A stretch of DNA of 62,881 nucleotides, counting the filler, from Rhabdomonas costata (Eukaryota): the NCBI GenBank assembly GCA_019059605.1. It is 42 parts of 42 records of this genome, joined end to end, with 100 filler letters (N's around TTAATTAATTAA, not from the genome) between each part and the next. Parts side by side here need not be neighbours in the genome. Positions count along the whole stretch, not along the records: positions 1 to 1,401 come from JAHMHO010017034.1; positions 1,502 to 2,902 come from JAHMHO010017035.1; positions 3,003 to 4,402 come from JAHMHO010017036.1; positions 4,503 to 5,902 come from JAHMHO010017037.1; positions 6,003 to 7,402 come from JAHMHO010017038.1; positions 7,503 to 8,902 come from JAHMHO010017039.1; positions 9,003 to 10,402 come from JAHMHO010017040.1; 35 more parts are not named here. One strand, written 5' to 3'. Position numbers and translations under genes: made by a program. The notes beneath the pieces are model-generated. The model was not told the DNA's origin and made no database searches. It saw only the letters and a program-made list of their open reading frames with translations. Positions 1 through 9,909 of this stretch are shown piece after piece. The first letter of the stretch is position 1. Each line of letters opens with the position of its first letter.

Positions 1-863
1 GCATGGGATAAAGAGTAAACACAACCCACACCGAGGATTAAACAGCGCTGTCAAGAGCGCAGGAACCAAAGTGGAAAGTTATAAAGAAGTTGAAGAATTC
101 GCCTTGGAACGTGGTGAAAAAATAATCAATGAAGTTGATCATACTGTCTGTGGACCAGACTGTGAAGTGCATCCCGTTCAGCCGGAGATACTGAATCTGA
201 GCAAGAATTTTGTCCATCTTTTTCCATAGAAGTTTCCACGGTGACTCCACCCATTGATATCGAAAGATCATAGGATCCATTTACTGCCAGAAAGTAATGT
301 TCCAGCGCAGAGACTGTAACGGATGTCACCAGAGGAAGATCGGGTGTTGTTGAAGCAGCTTAATTCGCTGCATGACTTGGGATTCACCGAGTCGGCGACA
401 TTGCCGTTTGGTGAGTGAGTGTGGTTCGTTCCGAAAGCGAACTAGAAGATGATGTTGTGCGTTTCCTACCGCTCGCTGAATGCAATCGCGGTGACTGAAT
501 CGTACACGTTGCCGAGGATTGATGAGAATTGATGATTGACAGTGCGTGACACTCAAAGTGGTTTACAAATTTAGATTTGCATTTCACCAGATCAGTGTCC
601 ATCAGTCGCACATTGAGAGGACGGCATTCAAGGCAAAGTACGGGCGTTCAAGTTTTTAGTGATTCCGTTCTTTCTGTGCAATGCGCCAGCCACATTTCAT
701 ATAAACATGGATCTCGTGCTTCAGGACCAGAGAAATTCACAGAAGCCCACGTGGACGACATCTTGGTGAACACGAACATGGTAGAAGATAACGTATTGGT
801 GTTGAGATAGGTGTGCAAGGGATTGGGTCGAGAGAATGTTTTCGCTAATCCAGTGAAATGTGT
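1..863 (+). mobile_element. Degenerate Ty3/gypsy pol fragment (protease-RT linker and RT)
   Basis: Broken frames read EVDHTVCGP, DHRIHLLP, RMSPEEDRVLLKQLNSLHDLGF and HVDDILVNT...FANP. These are colinear with the element at 59983-61382 (EVDHRICGP, RMSPAEDEELLKQLKSL, YVDDILVNT). Stops, frameshifts and deletions are present. Confidence 0.85.
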
Positions 864-1200
864 GGCACTCCCTCAACAGTGTACATTTTTTAAGCTACTT
901 TAATTGCTTGTGTTGACACTTATGATGTCCTGGAGCTCTGCAGTGACGAATCAAAGCTCCGAGAGTTGTTAGGGTGTTATGGAGTTCTCCGAGAGCCGCC
1001 ATTCAAGTGCTCAAAATGTGGCTTTGAGCTGAAGGACAGTGTGCACAGTGGCAAGCCTGACCTGGTGTGTACTGACCAGAAGTGCCGCCTTAGAGTGGCG
1101 GCTGTTGTGGATGGTCCCCTTCAGAGCTCTAAGCTGATTGTATCCTTTTATTTATCTCTCAGGTGGTTAGGAAGCGATGCATGTGCCCACTAGATTAGGT
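864..1200 (+). mobile_element. Merlin/IS1595-like transposase N-terminal zinc-ribbon remnant, abutting the gypsy RT
   Basis: YGVLREPPFKCSKCG...CTDQKCR...GPLQSSKL resembles the ORF at 36128-36664. Gypsy similarity stops abruptly at GGCACTCCC (864). Confidence 0.55.
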
Positions 1201-1401
1201 TATTTCATCTCGCGTGTGGTTATGATGCGATGCACGTGTACCATAGGTCAGGATATTTTGTCTTGCATCGGGTTAGGAGGTGATGCAGGTTTCACCTAAA
1301 GAAGATACACCGCTGAGGGTATGCCAAATGTGTTTTCGCGCAGCCGGAGGTAGAATATTATGCGTTTATCATTGGGAGGAATTGGATCATACACCAGCCG
1401 A

Positions 1402-1501
1402 NNNNNNNNNNNNNNNNNNNNNNNNNNNNNNNNNNNNNNNNNNNNTTAATTAATTAANNNNNNNNNNNNNNNNNNNNNNNNNNNNNNNNNNNNNNNNNNN
1501 N
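1402..1501. other. Artificial contig spacer (N-run + TTAATTAATTAA + N-run); recurs about every 1.5 kb, 41 times
   Basis: The same six-frame-stop 12-mer sits inside Ns at regular spacing, and sequence content is unrelated on either side. Confidence 0.98.
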
Positions 1502-1730
1502 TCGATGCTCGCCCCGGAAGAAAAATGTGTGGCCCAGCAACCATGTGCGACCTCATGCCCAATAGAAGCACATACGTTCAGAAAACCAAAACATGCGTGA
1601 ACAAGCGCAGGGACGAAGAAACCCAAAAACGACCAACCGCAATGAACTGCCTGCACACTTCCATATCGTGCCTGCACTGCTGTAATCCGATCAAATGCAT
1701 TGCAGAAACACACAAAATCCCATCCCAATT

Positions 1731-1788
1731 TCAGGTCGCAAGCTCCGTTCACTTGGTTCACCACTGGGAAATCTGAGAAGCGCATCAT
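1731..1788 (-). ncRNA. C/D-box snoRNA-like RNA #1
   Basis: ATGATGC (C) - 20 nt - GTGA (D') - 5 nt - GTGAACG (C') - 11 nt - CTGA (D). Confidence 0.75.
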
Positions 1789-1947
1789 TTGCGGGCAAAA
1801 AAAGTAGCAAGAACCAAAATGGAAATAAAGACAAGGACATGACCGATGTCAGAGAAATGGGCACCACCTCGAAACTCATAAGACAACAACGTGGAAAATA
1901 GCGCAAAAAAGTAGCTAGAGCGGTGCTTAAAAACGTCCGTGAAAATC

Positions 1948-2003
1948 TCAGCTCGAAAGTTTAGTTCATCGCCATCATTTCGGTGAAGATACGAAAACAT
2001 CAC
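1948..2003 (-). ncRNA. C/D-box snoRNA-like RNA #2
   Basis: GTGATGT (C) - 18 nt - ATGA (D') - 5 nt - ATGAACT (C') - 11 nt - CTGA (D). Confidence 0.72.
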
Positions 2004-2313
2004 TGAAAAGAGCGAATCGCCAAGAGCAGCGAGCCCGTCGCCGAGCCCTGGAAACAAAAAATAATCCGTTGAGTAACATTACTGGCACAGCACACAAACG
2101 TGCTGGAATGCAAAGGCAGTGGTCTATGGTAAAGCTGAGATGACGCCCTTCGAAATGCAGCCACAGCACCACACTCTTATATGCGTGGCCATGGAGATGC
2201 ACAATGTCCATAGCCCACATCCCACGGCGTGGACCGGGGTTTGCCCATCCCAACCTGCCCACAACAAAACATACGCGCACACGCACTGTGATAAGTTCAC
2301 GTCAAATGCCACT

Positions 2314-2369
2314 TCAGATCGGAAGCTCTGCTCATTAACTTCACCAGAGGGAAACCGGAGAATCATCAT
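2314..2369 (-). ncRNA. C/D-box snoRNA-like RNA #3
   Basis: Perfect ATGATGA (C) - 18 nt - GTGA (D') - 5 nt - ATGAGCA (C') - 11 nt - CTGA (D); clearly paralogous to #1. Confidence 0.8.
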
Positions 2370-2655
2370 TTGCGAAAGAAAAAAACGGTGGGCGGTGGGG
2401 GGGGGGGTTGAAAACCTCGAAAAAAAAACAACCAAGCAAAAAGCAAAGGCAAACAAAACCGCAACACTCGAAGTTTTGTCTCGCAGAAGAGATATGCATG
2501 ATGAGAAATGCTCCCAGTGTTTCGTTGCGTTTTTCGGGCGAATCGTGAGAAGAAAATCCACAGCAACCGTTCCGGAAAAAGGAAGCCGCCCCGCCCCCCC
2601 CCTCCACCCAACAAACACAACTAAAACAACAAAAGGAACCTTGGTATGCTTCCTT

Positions 2656-2709
2656 TCAGCTCCAAAGCTGTGCTCATTTATGTCATAAGGTGGAACCATG
2701 AGTCATCCT
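2656..2709 (-). ncRNA. C/D-box snoRNA-like RNA #4
   Basis: AGGATGA (C) - 16 nt - ATGA (D') - 5 nt - ATGAGCA (C') - 11 nt - CTGA (D). Confidence 0.72.
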
Positions 2710-3099
2710 TCGAGAGTTGCCACTCAGGCGGCCCGGGAGGGGGAGGGGGGGGGCAAATGCCCCGCTCTCCTGAAGTCGATGCTCGCCCCGGAAGAAAAAT
2801 GTGTGGCCCAGCAACCATGTGCGACCTCATGCCCAATAGAAGCACATACGTTCAGAAAACCAAAACATGCGTGAACAAGCGCAGGGACGAAGAAACCCAA
2901 AANNNNNNNNNNNNNNNNNNNNNNNNNNNNNNNNNNNNNNNNNNNNTTAATTAATTAANNNNNNNNNNNNNNNNNNNNNNNNNNNNNNNNNNNNNNNNNN
3001 NNGTGGTGTGGGTTTTTGCTGGAGGTTGGAGGTGCTATCATGAAAACACAGTACTATGCGCGCAGGGAGATGAGTGATGAGCAGGAGGGCAGGAGGGTG

Positions 3100-4050
3100 T
3101 GAGTGTGCAGACCATCGGATGAACTCGAACAGCGCAGTGCTGACGGCGCAGTTCGGAGAGGAGCTCATGCGGATCCCCACGTAGGTCATCACCAGCATGG
3201 GGTAGGTCCACGCCCCGGGAAGGTCCACCACAGGGAACTGCACGCGATCCCCACACCCTTCCTTTTCCCACGGAGGGCGAAGACAAAGCAGTCAGAGACG
3301 AGCACCAGGAACAAACAGCTAAGGCAGAGTGTCACACCACGCCACCCCTCACACAACCGAGGAGGTACACGCGTACAAGTGTACAACTTACGCCAATGCC
3401 GTCCGGCGAAAGAAGGGAAATACTTCGCCATTGGGGAGACACGGTTGGTCATCGCCGATCAACAATCGCAATCATCTCAGACATCCACCAGCACACACAG
3501 AGTGAACGCCCTGCGCGTGGGCGCACACCAGCAGCCCTTCTGCGTTCTGCAAGTCCCACAGCACGGGCCCCGGCAAGGGGTACGTGGGGTTGCCGTGACG
3601 GTTCAGCAGCGGGTTGAAGGCCACCTGGTGGTCAATCGCGTCAAAGAGGGGCACGAACCCCATGGAGTACGGCGTCTCCTTAATCTGAACATCAGCGAGT
3701 GAGCGAAGCGAGTGAGAGAGAAGTGCTTCCTTACCGGGGAAGGAGGAGGTCCTTGCAAGACCTTATTCTGAGCAGGGCCACTCAAGCGCAGCGCCTAAGT
3801 TCGGGCGACGTTCCAGTGCGTCCCTCTTGGGAGCCGGGTCCCTGTGCGTGTCCGCATTTCGCCTATGGCGGCCCCCCCTCTCACGTCCGAATTCTGCACG
3901 CAGTCGTCTTTTCCTAGGGTGAAAGTGTCCAACTTAGGCACCAACTCACTTACTCGGCGCTCAAAAAAGTTGGCGATGTCCACTGCATACACGGCGAGCT
4001 GGCGTGAGGCCCCCCCTTCCTGCTCAGCCCTGAGATTTGCGCATTGAGCC
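3100..4050 (-). mobile_element. Highly degenerate non-LTR retrotransposon RT remnant
   Basis: Motifs occur in the expected order across frames: LFDAIDHQVAFNPLLNRHG (AFDxIDH-like), GWRGVTLCLSCLFLVLVSDC (GVxQGxxLSPxLF-like) and HAGDDL (YADDL-like). Confidence 0.55.
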
Positions 4051-5388
4051 ACCGGCTTTCGGCTTTGCTACTGCTACAACGCTGCTGCGCTCGCCAGCCA
4101 TAGACTCGGCACCCCAGAGGCCTCTCTTGACCCCCATTGGGCCTATCATCCTCAAGCCCCTCTCCAGAGTACACCCTTCAATCATGACAGTCGCGCACCT
4201 TGGCGGACATCTTCAGCCCATCCCCAGTGTACGTGAGGATTGTCGAGGCATTGTTTCGCTTGTGGAAGCTCGGGAGGTCGCTGAAGGAGCTCATCGTGGC
4301 GTTCCATGCCGCACTGAACGAGCACATAATCAAGGTCTGCGCCAGGGTGTACCCCGTGCTGCCCTGCGAGCAAGCCAACCAAGAACGCATGCCCAACCCC
4401 CCNNNNNNNNNNNNNNNNNNNNNNNNNNNNNNNNNNNNNNNNNNNNTTAATTAATTAANNNNNNNNNNNNNNNNNNNNNNNNNNNNNNNNNNNNNNNNNN
4501 NNTTTTGGGGTTCGCTGTTAATAGCTGTGCGCTCAGGGCTGTCGCGCTTTCTTTGATGCGCTTTCTATCGCCGAAAGGAGGAATGTGCAGTCTCGTTTGA
4601 TGCCTGTTGTACATAACTGTGGCTGCCCTGTTAGCGCGTTTTCTGGCATTTTTCCCCAGCAAAATAGAAGTCGGCCTGCAATGTCATCAGTAGTAGTGCG
4701 ATTTGCCGTTAACGGCGGAGGACGAGATATCAAATGCTCATCAAGCAGGGCCTCCCAGCTGCGACTTTGGTTTCCTGCTTCTTGATGGCTTGCTTGGTTT
4801 GTTGCCAGACGTGCATTGCCTATGGGGCGACCCCCCAAAAAAAAATGCGGAAGAAAAACGTACTTTAACTGTTTGCCAAAACCGTGGAGTAGTGGTAGAC
4901 AATACCACTTGAACACACACAAGCTCGCACACACATCGAGTAAAATTGTCTCAAAACCGGCAGTGAGCCTTCAGAGGTTGCACAGTGCTGAGGTTTTCGA
5001 TGCTTGGGGTTGGAAGGCCTGGCCCGAGGAAGTGCTTGAATATGCGTCTGAGCTGCTCTCACCCTTACGCGATCATGCTGTTCTCTCTATAGAGAAGGGT
5101 TGTGATGATGCCAAAACCAGCCACAGGGAACAGTGCACAACTTTTTTCGAGGACAAGTCTGGAGAGAGGTGTAGGGCTGCCAACCCAATCACTGCATAAC
5201 AGAGAACCGCTCACGCACCCAAGTTATGTTTTGGTTGTGTGTTTGGTCTCTTCTCTCTGTGCTATCCTTTGGTGGGTTTGTTTTTTTGTTCAGTCTTTTG
5301 TCCTTTCTCTTTCTCTTTGTGTGTGTTTACTGCTGCTCTGTTGTGGTGGGGCTTTGCTTCGGCGTGGATAAAGTGGGAGAGTGTTGAA

Positions 5389-5815
5389 ATGAGCGATGCG
5401 GACGTCCGGCGCATCCTGAAATGCAAGAACCTCTACGAGGTCCTCCAGGTCCCCAAGGAGGCCACCGAGGATGAGATCAAGAGGGCCTACAAAAAGTGCT
5501 CCCCTCTCTAACTTCCCCTCGACCACCAATCTTTTCTTTGGTGTGGACGCATTTAACCTCTTCTCATATCTGCCAGTCTCAGTCGTTTCCAGTGGCCCGG
5601 GTTAGGGTACGCTACTTCTGTAGTTGATGGACCTGTGACCGCAGCGTGTTAAGCCAAAAAGATGAGCGCAGCTGTTCAGGCTTTTCTATCACGCACACTT
5701 GCGCGGCGACGTTCCAAAACCACTTCTACTCCCTGCGGGGCCTTTGCTTATCAGGTTTGCTTTGCTGACCCACCCGGACAAGAACAAGACCCCGGGCGCC
5801 GAGGAGGCCTTCAAG
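5389..5815 (+). CDS. DnaJ/Hsp40 J-domain protein (DNAJB12/14-like), 5' part; exons 5389-5495 and 5755-5815
   Basis: Spliced: [56 protein letters not shown], with an HPD motif and a GT-AG intron. Confidence 0.92.
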
Positions 5816-7031
5816 GTGCACTGCGCGTATCCCTCCACGTTTCGCTGCTCTGTCCTCTTTCCCTTCGAACCGTTCTTCCTCCCTCCTTCCCTCCCCACAA
5901 ACNNNNNNNNNNNNNNNNNNNNNNNNNNNNNNNNNNNNNNNNNNNNTTAATTAATTAANNNNNNNNNNNNNNNNNNNNNNNNNNNNNNNNNNNNNNNNNN
6001 NNAAAGAATAACAGATGCAGCGATATGTAAGCACTGAGAACAAGCTACATTAGAAGCGCAGCAAACGGAAAAAACCACCAAAACCACATAAAACCAACGA
6101 GACAATGTAGTTAAACTAATTAATGAAATGCGGTTAACCGAGGGAAAACACAATGGTGTTGGACACAAGGTGACACAAGAGTTCAAAAAAGATCCTACCG
6201 AGGTGCTCAGTCGCTACCATATGAAAAGCCAAATAAACAGCCAAACCTGAAGCACAAGCTTCTTCTGGGTTGTCGTGGCATTGTCGCTCTCCAGGATAGT
6301 GAAGAAGACGTTGCTGAAGAACACTTCCATCTCGTTCTGAGTGAACCGATGGACAGGTGTATCATGAAGTGGACAGCGTTAATACCAAAACAGTAGTCAT
6401 CGGCCGATCCCCTCCCCTCCCCTTGCCCCGCGCCAACTGCCCGCCACATCAAAAATTTGTGTTTTAGCTTTTGCTCTGCTGCGGTGGATTCGACATAACG
6501 ACTAAAACTGACCAAAAGGACCATCCGCCACATGACATCTACACATCTCCTGGAAAATGGTGTTGGGGGTTCATTCAGAGCAAGCTCATCCCTCCCTCAA
6601 CCCAATTGCCTTCATCCATCGACACCACATCAGCAGAAAAAATGTGCTTATGCGGCTCGATATGTTCCGTTCCATGCAACCCTGCTCTCAATTAACAAAA
6701 TCAGTGCTGAGCTTCACTGGAGTGCTCACATCGGAAAAAATATGCTCCGTGAGAGAAGACTCGATTACCCTCCTTTTGAATAAAAATTGTTAGATTTCAG
6801 ATGCCTGGTCTCTCACCCCTGACACCGGGTTTCAAATACCCTCTAACGATGTTTACAATTAACCAACTCAACCAACAACCTGTCCCCTTTGGCAGCAGTC
6901 AGGGGCACGACTGCCAGTCGCATTGGTCCAGTGCGAATGCAAAAATCCCCTGATGGTTGGGGAACGTATTTTCAAGATCCTTGCCAAAACTACCCTCTTG
7001 CGGCTGCGTTTCAGGAGCCACTGCCGCTAAC

Positions 7032-7190
7032 CTTGAGGCGCTCCCGGTACTTCGCGAGCAGCAGCAGGAAGATTTCCGCGGACTTCTCGAAGACCACGGG
7101 CACCACAGAAACGCAGTTCTGCAGCAGGGCAATGCACAGGTTCTCCTTCACCGATGCCATCAGCGTGGGAATCTCCCGGAACACTGTCCC
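7032..7190 (-). CDS. Internal exon of a Sec7/BIG-family ARF guanine nucleotide exchange factor (HUS region)
   Basis: TVFREIPTLMASVKENLCIALLQNCVSVVPVVFEKSAEIFLLLLAKYRERLK, then a GT donor. This fits the IKxxLCxxLxxN...FRxxLK pattern of BIG/Sec7. The 5' boundary is approximate. Confidence 0.8.
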
Positions 7191-9863
7191 CAGCAGGCAA
7201 CCCAAACCGTTGAAACACAAACAGGAAAAAGGCAACTCAAGCCAAACACAGACCTATGTCAAATCACTGCACTCACTGCACTGCACTCAACAGAAACGCT
7301 ACGTCTACGGGACACGCACAGACCTTCACAGTGTGGCTGGGATTAATTGGCAGGTCGTGCCTTGCGATCACATGGTTGTGGTTTCGGTTCTTGTTTGGAG
7401 TGNNNNNNNNNNNNNNNNNNNNNNNNNNNNNNNNNNNNNNNNNNNNTTAATTAATTAANNNNNNNNNNNNNNNNNNNNNNNNNNNNNNNNNNNNNNNNNN
7501 NNGTTTGGGCGAGAGTGTTGCTGCCCTGTCATCTACCCCTTGTCGTTGTCTGCTGAGCTGACAACGACAAGGGGTGCGCGTGGCAAATGTGTACGTGCGC
7601 GCTCAAGCCTTGGTTCTTTGGGAGGGTGCGTGCGCTGTGGCGATCCCGCCTGCACGCGCACCCTGCGCCAAACAAACACCGCACAAACCTCACAGCAGGC
7701 AACCTTTCCTTCAAAACTGTTCACTCGAACGCCTGCAGTAGAACTGTGGCCACAACATGGGAAGGGAGCTGGGTAGCCCAGCGGTGATGCCTGCTGCGCG
7801 CGCAGGTTATACTGCCATGTCATCCATCTCGGAGGATGGGCCACGGTATACGGCAACCTTTGGCTCCGAGAGCTCTGCGCGCGACAGCCCGAGCTCGAAG
7901 GAATATCCGGTGTTGGTTTGTGTGGGTGGGTGGGTGCTTTTCTTTCACTGATGACGTTTCTCACATCGCGTTGCTTTTTTGTTCTGTATCTCTTTGCGAG
8001 GGTAAGTAGGATGTGGTCTGCTCGGCATTCGCAGGGGTCTCCTTTTATTGCTTGCTGTTTTCAAGGGCATGTACAGGTCATCATTCAGTTGCCACACTCG
8101 TGACTCTTTGGCGCGCTCCATCTCAAGCCTTAGAACAGATCTCATTGGTCGGTTGTGTTACGGCTGTGCAACGAAAAAGCAGGGCTGGGGGGGGGGGGGG
8201 GGGGGTTGTGCATGGTACAGCGCAGCAGCTGCGGGATATTTACGACAACTTTCTGCTCGCCTTCGAGCAGGCCCACTTCAAAGGCAAGCGCTACGCCGAG
8301 CCCGAGCAGCGGGTGCCGCAAACCGTTAGTTTAGCTGCGCTGCATGGCAAGAGAACAGGACTCCCAGTGAACTGATGAATTCATTTAAAATCGGGGGTTA
8401 CTGCTTTGCTGCTCACTACTGACCAAAACGAATGAAAGAGGGTGTGAAAGAGAGTTCCTACGGGACAGGTGCACCGGTTCCTAACCCCCTGCGAGGTCTT
8501 CCATCGTCTCCTGGGAGACACGTTCATTGCTCCCTAATCACTGTAAACGGGTAGGGTCCCAAAATGCACCGGTGCCGTTCTTTTTTTGTCTGAGCAGCTC
8601 TGCTCTGGTATGTGAGGCGCTGGAGTAAAATGCACGTCACGCCCTTCTCTTTGCTCAGTTGCCATCCCTCCGCCTCCAATTGGCTGCCTTGAAGTTGATT
8701 GAAGTTGATCCAACCGGCAATTACTGTCACACCTCACACATTTCCACTCCGTTATCAACACAAGCCTCACCCGCCTCAGCACCGCGCCACAGACCGAGAA
8801 TGAAGAGGTTTGCGCCATAAGCTGAAATCTCTGTAGCGTGCCCCCCCCTCCTTCTGCATCCCCGTCTGCCAGGAGTTGCTGTTTCGGTTCGACAACCCCA
8901 CANNNNNNNNNNNNNNNNNNNNNNNNNNNNNNNNNNNNNNNNNNNNTTAATTAATTAANNNNNNNNNNNNNNNNNNNNNNNNNNNNNNNNNNNNNNNNNN
9001 NNGTGGTGGTGGCTAGAAAAGTTTGAATGAAAAAAGGGTTTTGTAAAGTAGTGTGCAACAATGACGATCATTAGGCAAACAAAGGAGTCAAAAGAAAAAG
9101 GTTGGGATGTAGGAGACTTGTGACTCGGCCTCCCTAATTTGCGTGGTCGGTTTCTGTTGTTTGAATAAAGACTGATAGAAGCGGCGTCTGGTGCCAAAAG
9201 AACCGGCGGCAGCACCTCATCTGATGCTCTCTGGCGCAGATAGTCTGAGAGACAGTCAGCTTCGCGTCATCGGAGAGCCGAGAGGCTGCGGTGAGCAGAC
9301 TGAATAGCACATTATCCACGTAGTCCACACCGGACCTGAACATAAGTAAGACATCCTGAACATCACCCCCCCGCCGCAGCCACCGCCAGCAAGACAGCAC
9401 AGATCACCAAGGCCATCGTCAAGGAGACGGTTGAAATGTTGGGAACTTGGTATTCACTCCTTCTGGATGGATAAATCAATTTTATGAATCTTCAAGTGTC
9501 TGCCGCGAGACCGCACCCTTACCACATCTCTACCACACCACTTCGGAGGTTAGCAGAACCAAAGGAGCATGATATGCTCGGTCGGAAGGGTCAAGTGGAC
9601 ATTTTCGGACCTCCTCTCATCTCATCTCACTATTCTCAAGGAACAATGCCATTATGCCATATGTGTCCCTGACCCGGCTTGCCAGCGCACCTGTCCAAAA
9701 CTGGGCTGACAATTCTCAGCAAGTGGCACGCAAACTGCACATTCGCCTCGGGTTCCACCCCACCAAAGCACCGCTCCACCATATCCGACAGGTACGTCTG
9801 AATCTGTGAGTTGAGGCACCCAACCGCAGGGACCGTCCCAGGGGCTCCGGTGCTTCCAAGTGT

Positions 9864-9909
9864 GTGTAGTGTGCGTGTACTGTGTGTATGTGTGTGTGTG
9901 TGTGTGTGT
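9864..9909. repeat. Imperfect (GT)n microsatellite
   Basis: Visible GT run. Confidence 0.8.

Larger units (their letters stand above)
1502..2902. repeat. Collapsed tandem-repeat (or circular) unit of 1274 bp
   Basis: 1502-1628 is identical to 2776-2902, a 127-bp terminal overlap typical of a k=127 assembly loop. Confidence 0.92.

Noticed and set aside
1446-1457. Regularly spaced TTAATTAATTAA as a CRISPR-like or biological repeat
   Set aside because: It always sits inside N-runs and is a synthetic six-frame-stop linker.
7185-7200. Possible euglenid non-conventional intron acceptor before the Sec7 exon
   Set aside because: A conventional CAG is available nearby, the matching donor is not on the contig, and all resolvable introns in the window are GT-AG.
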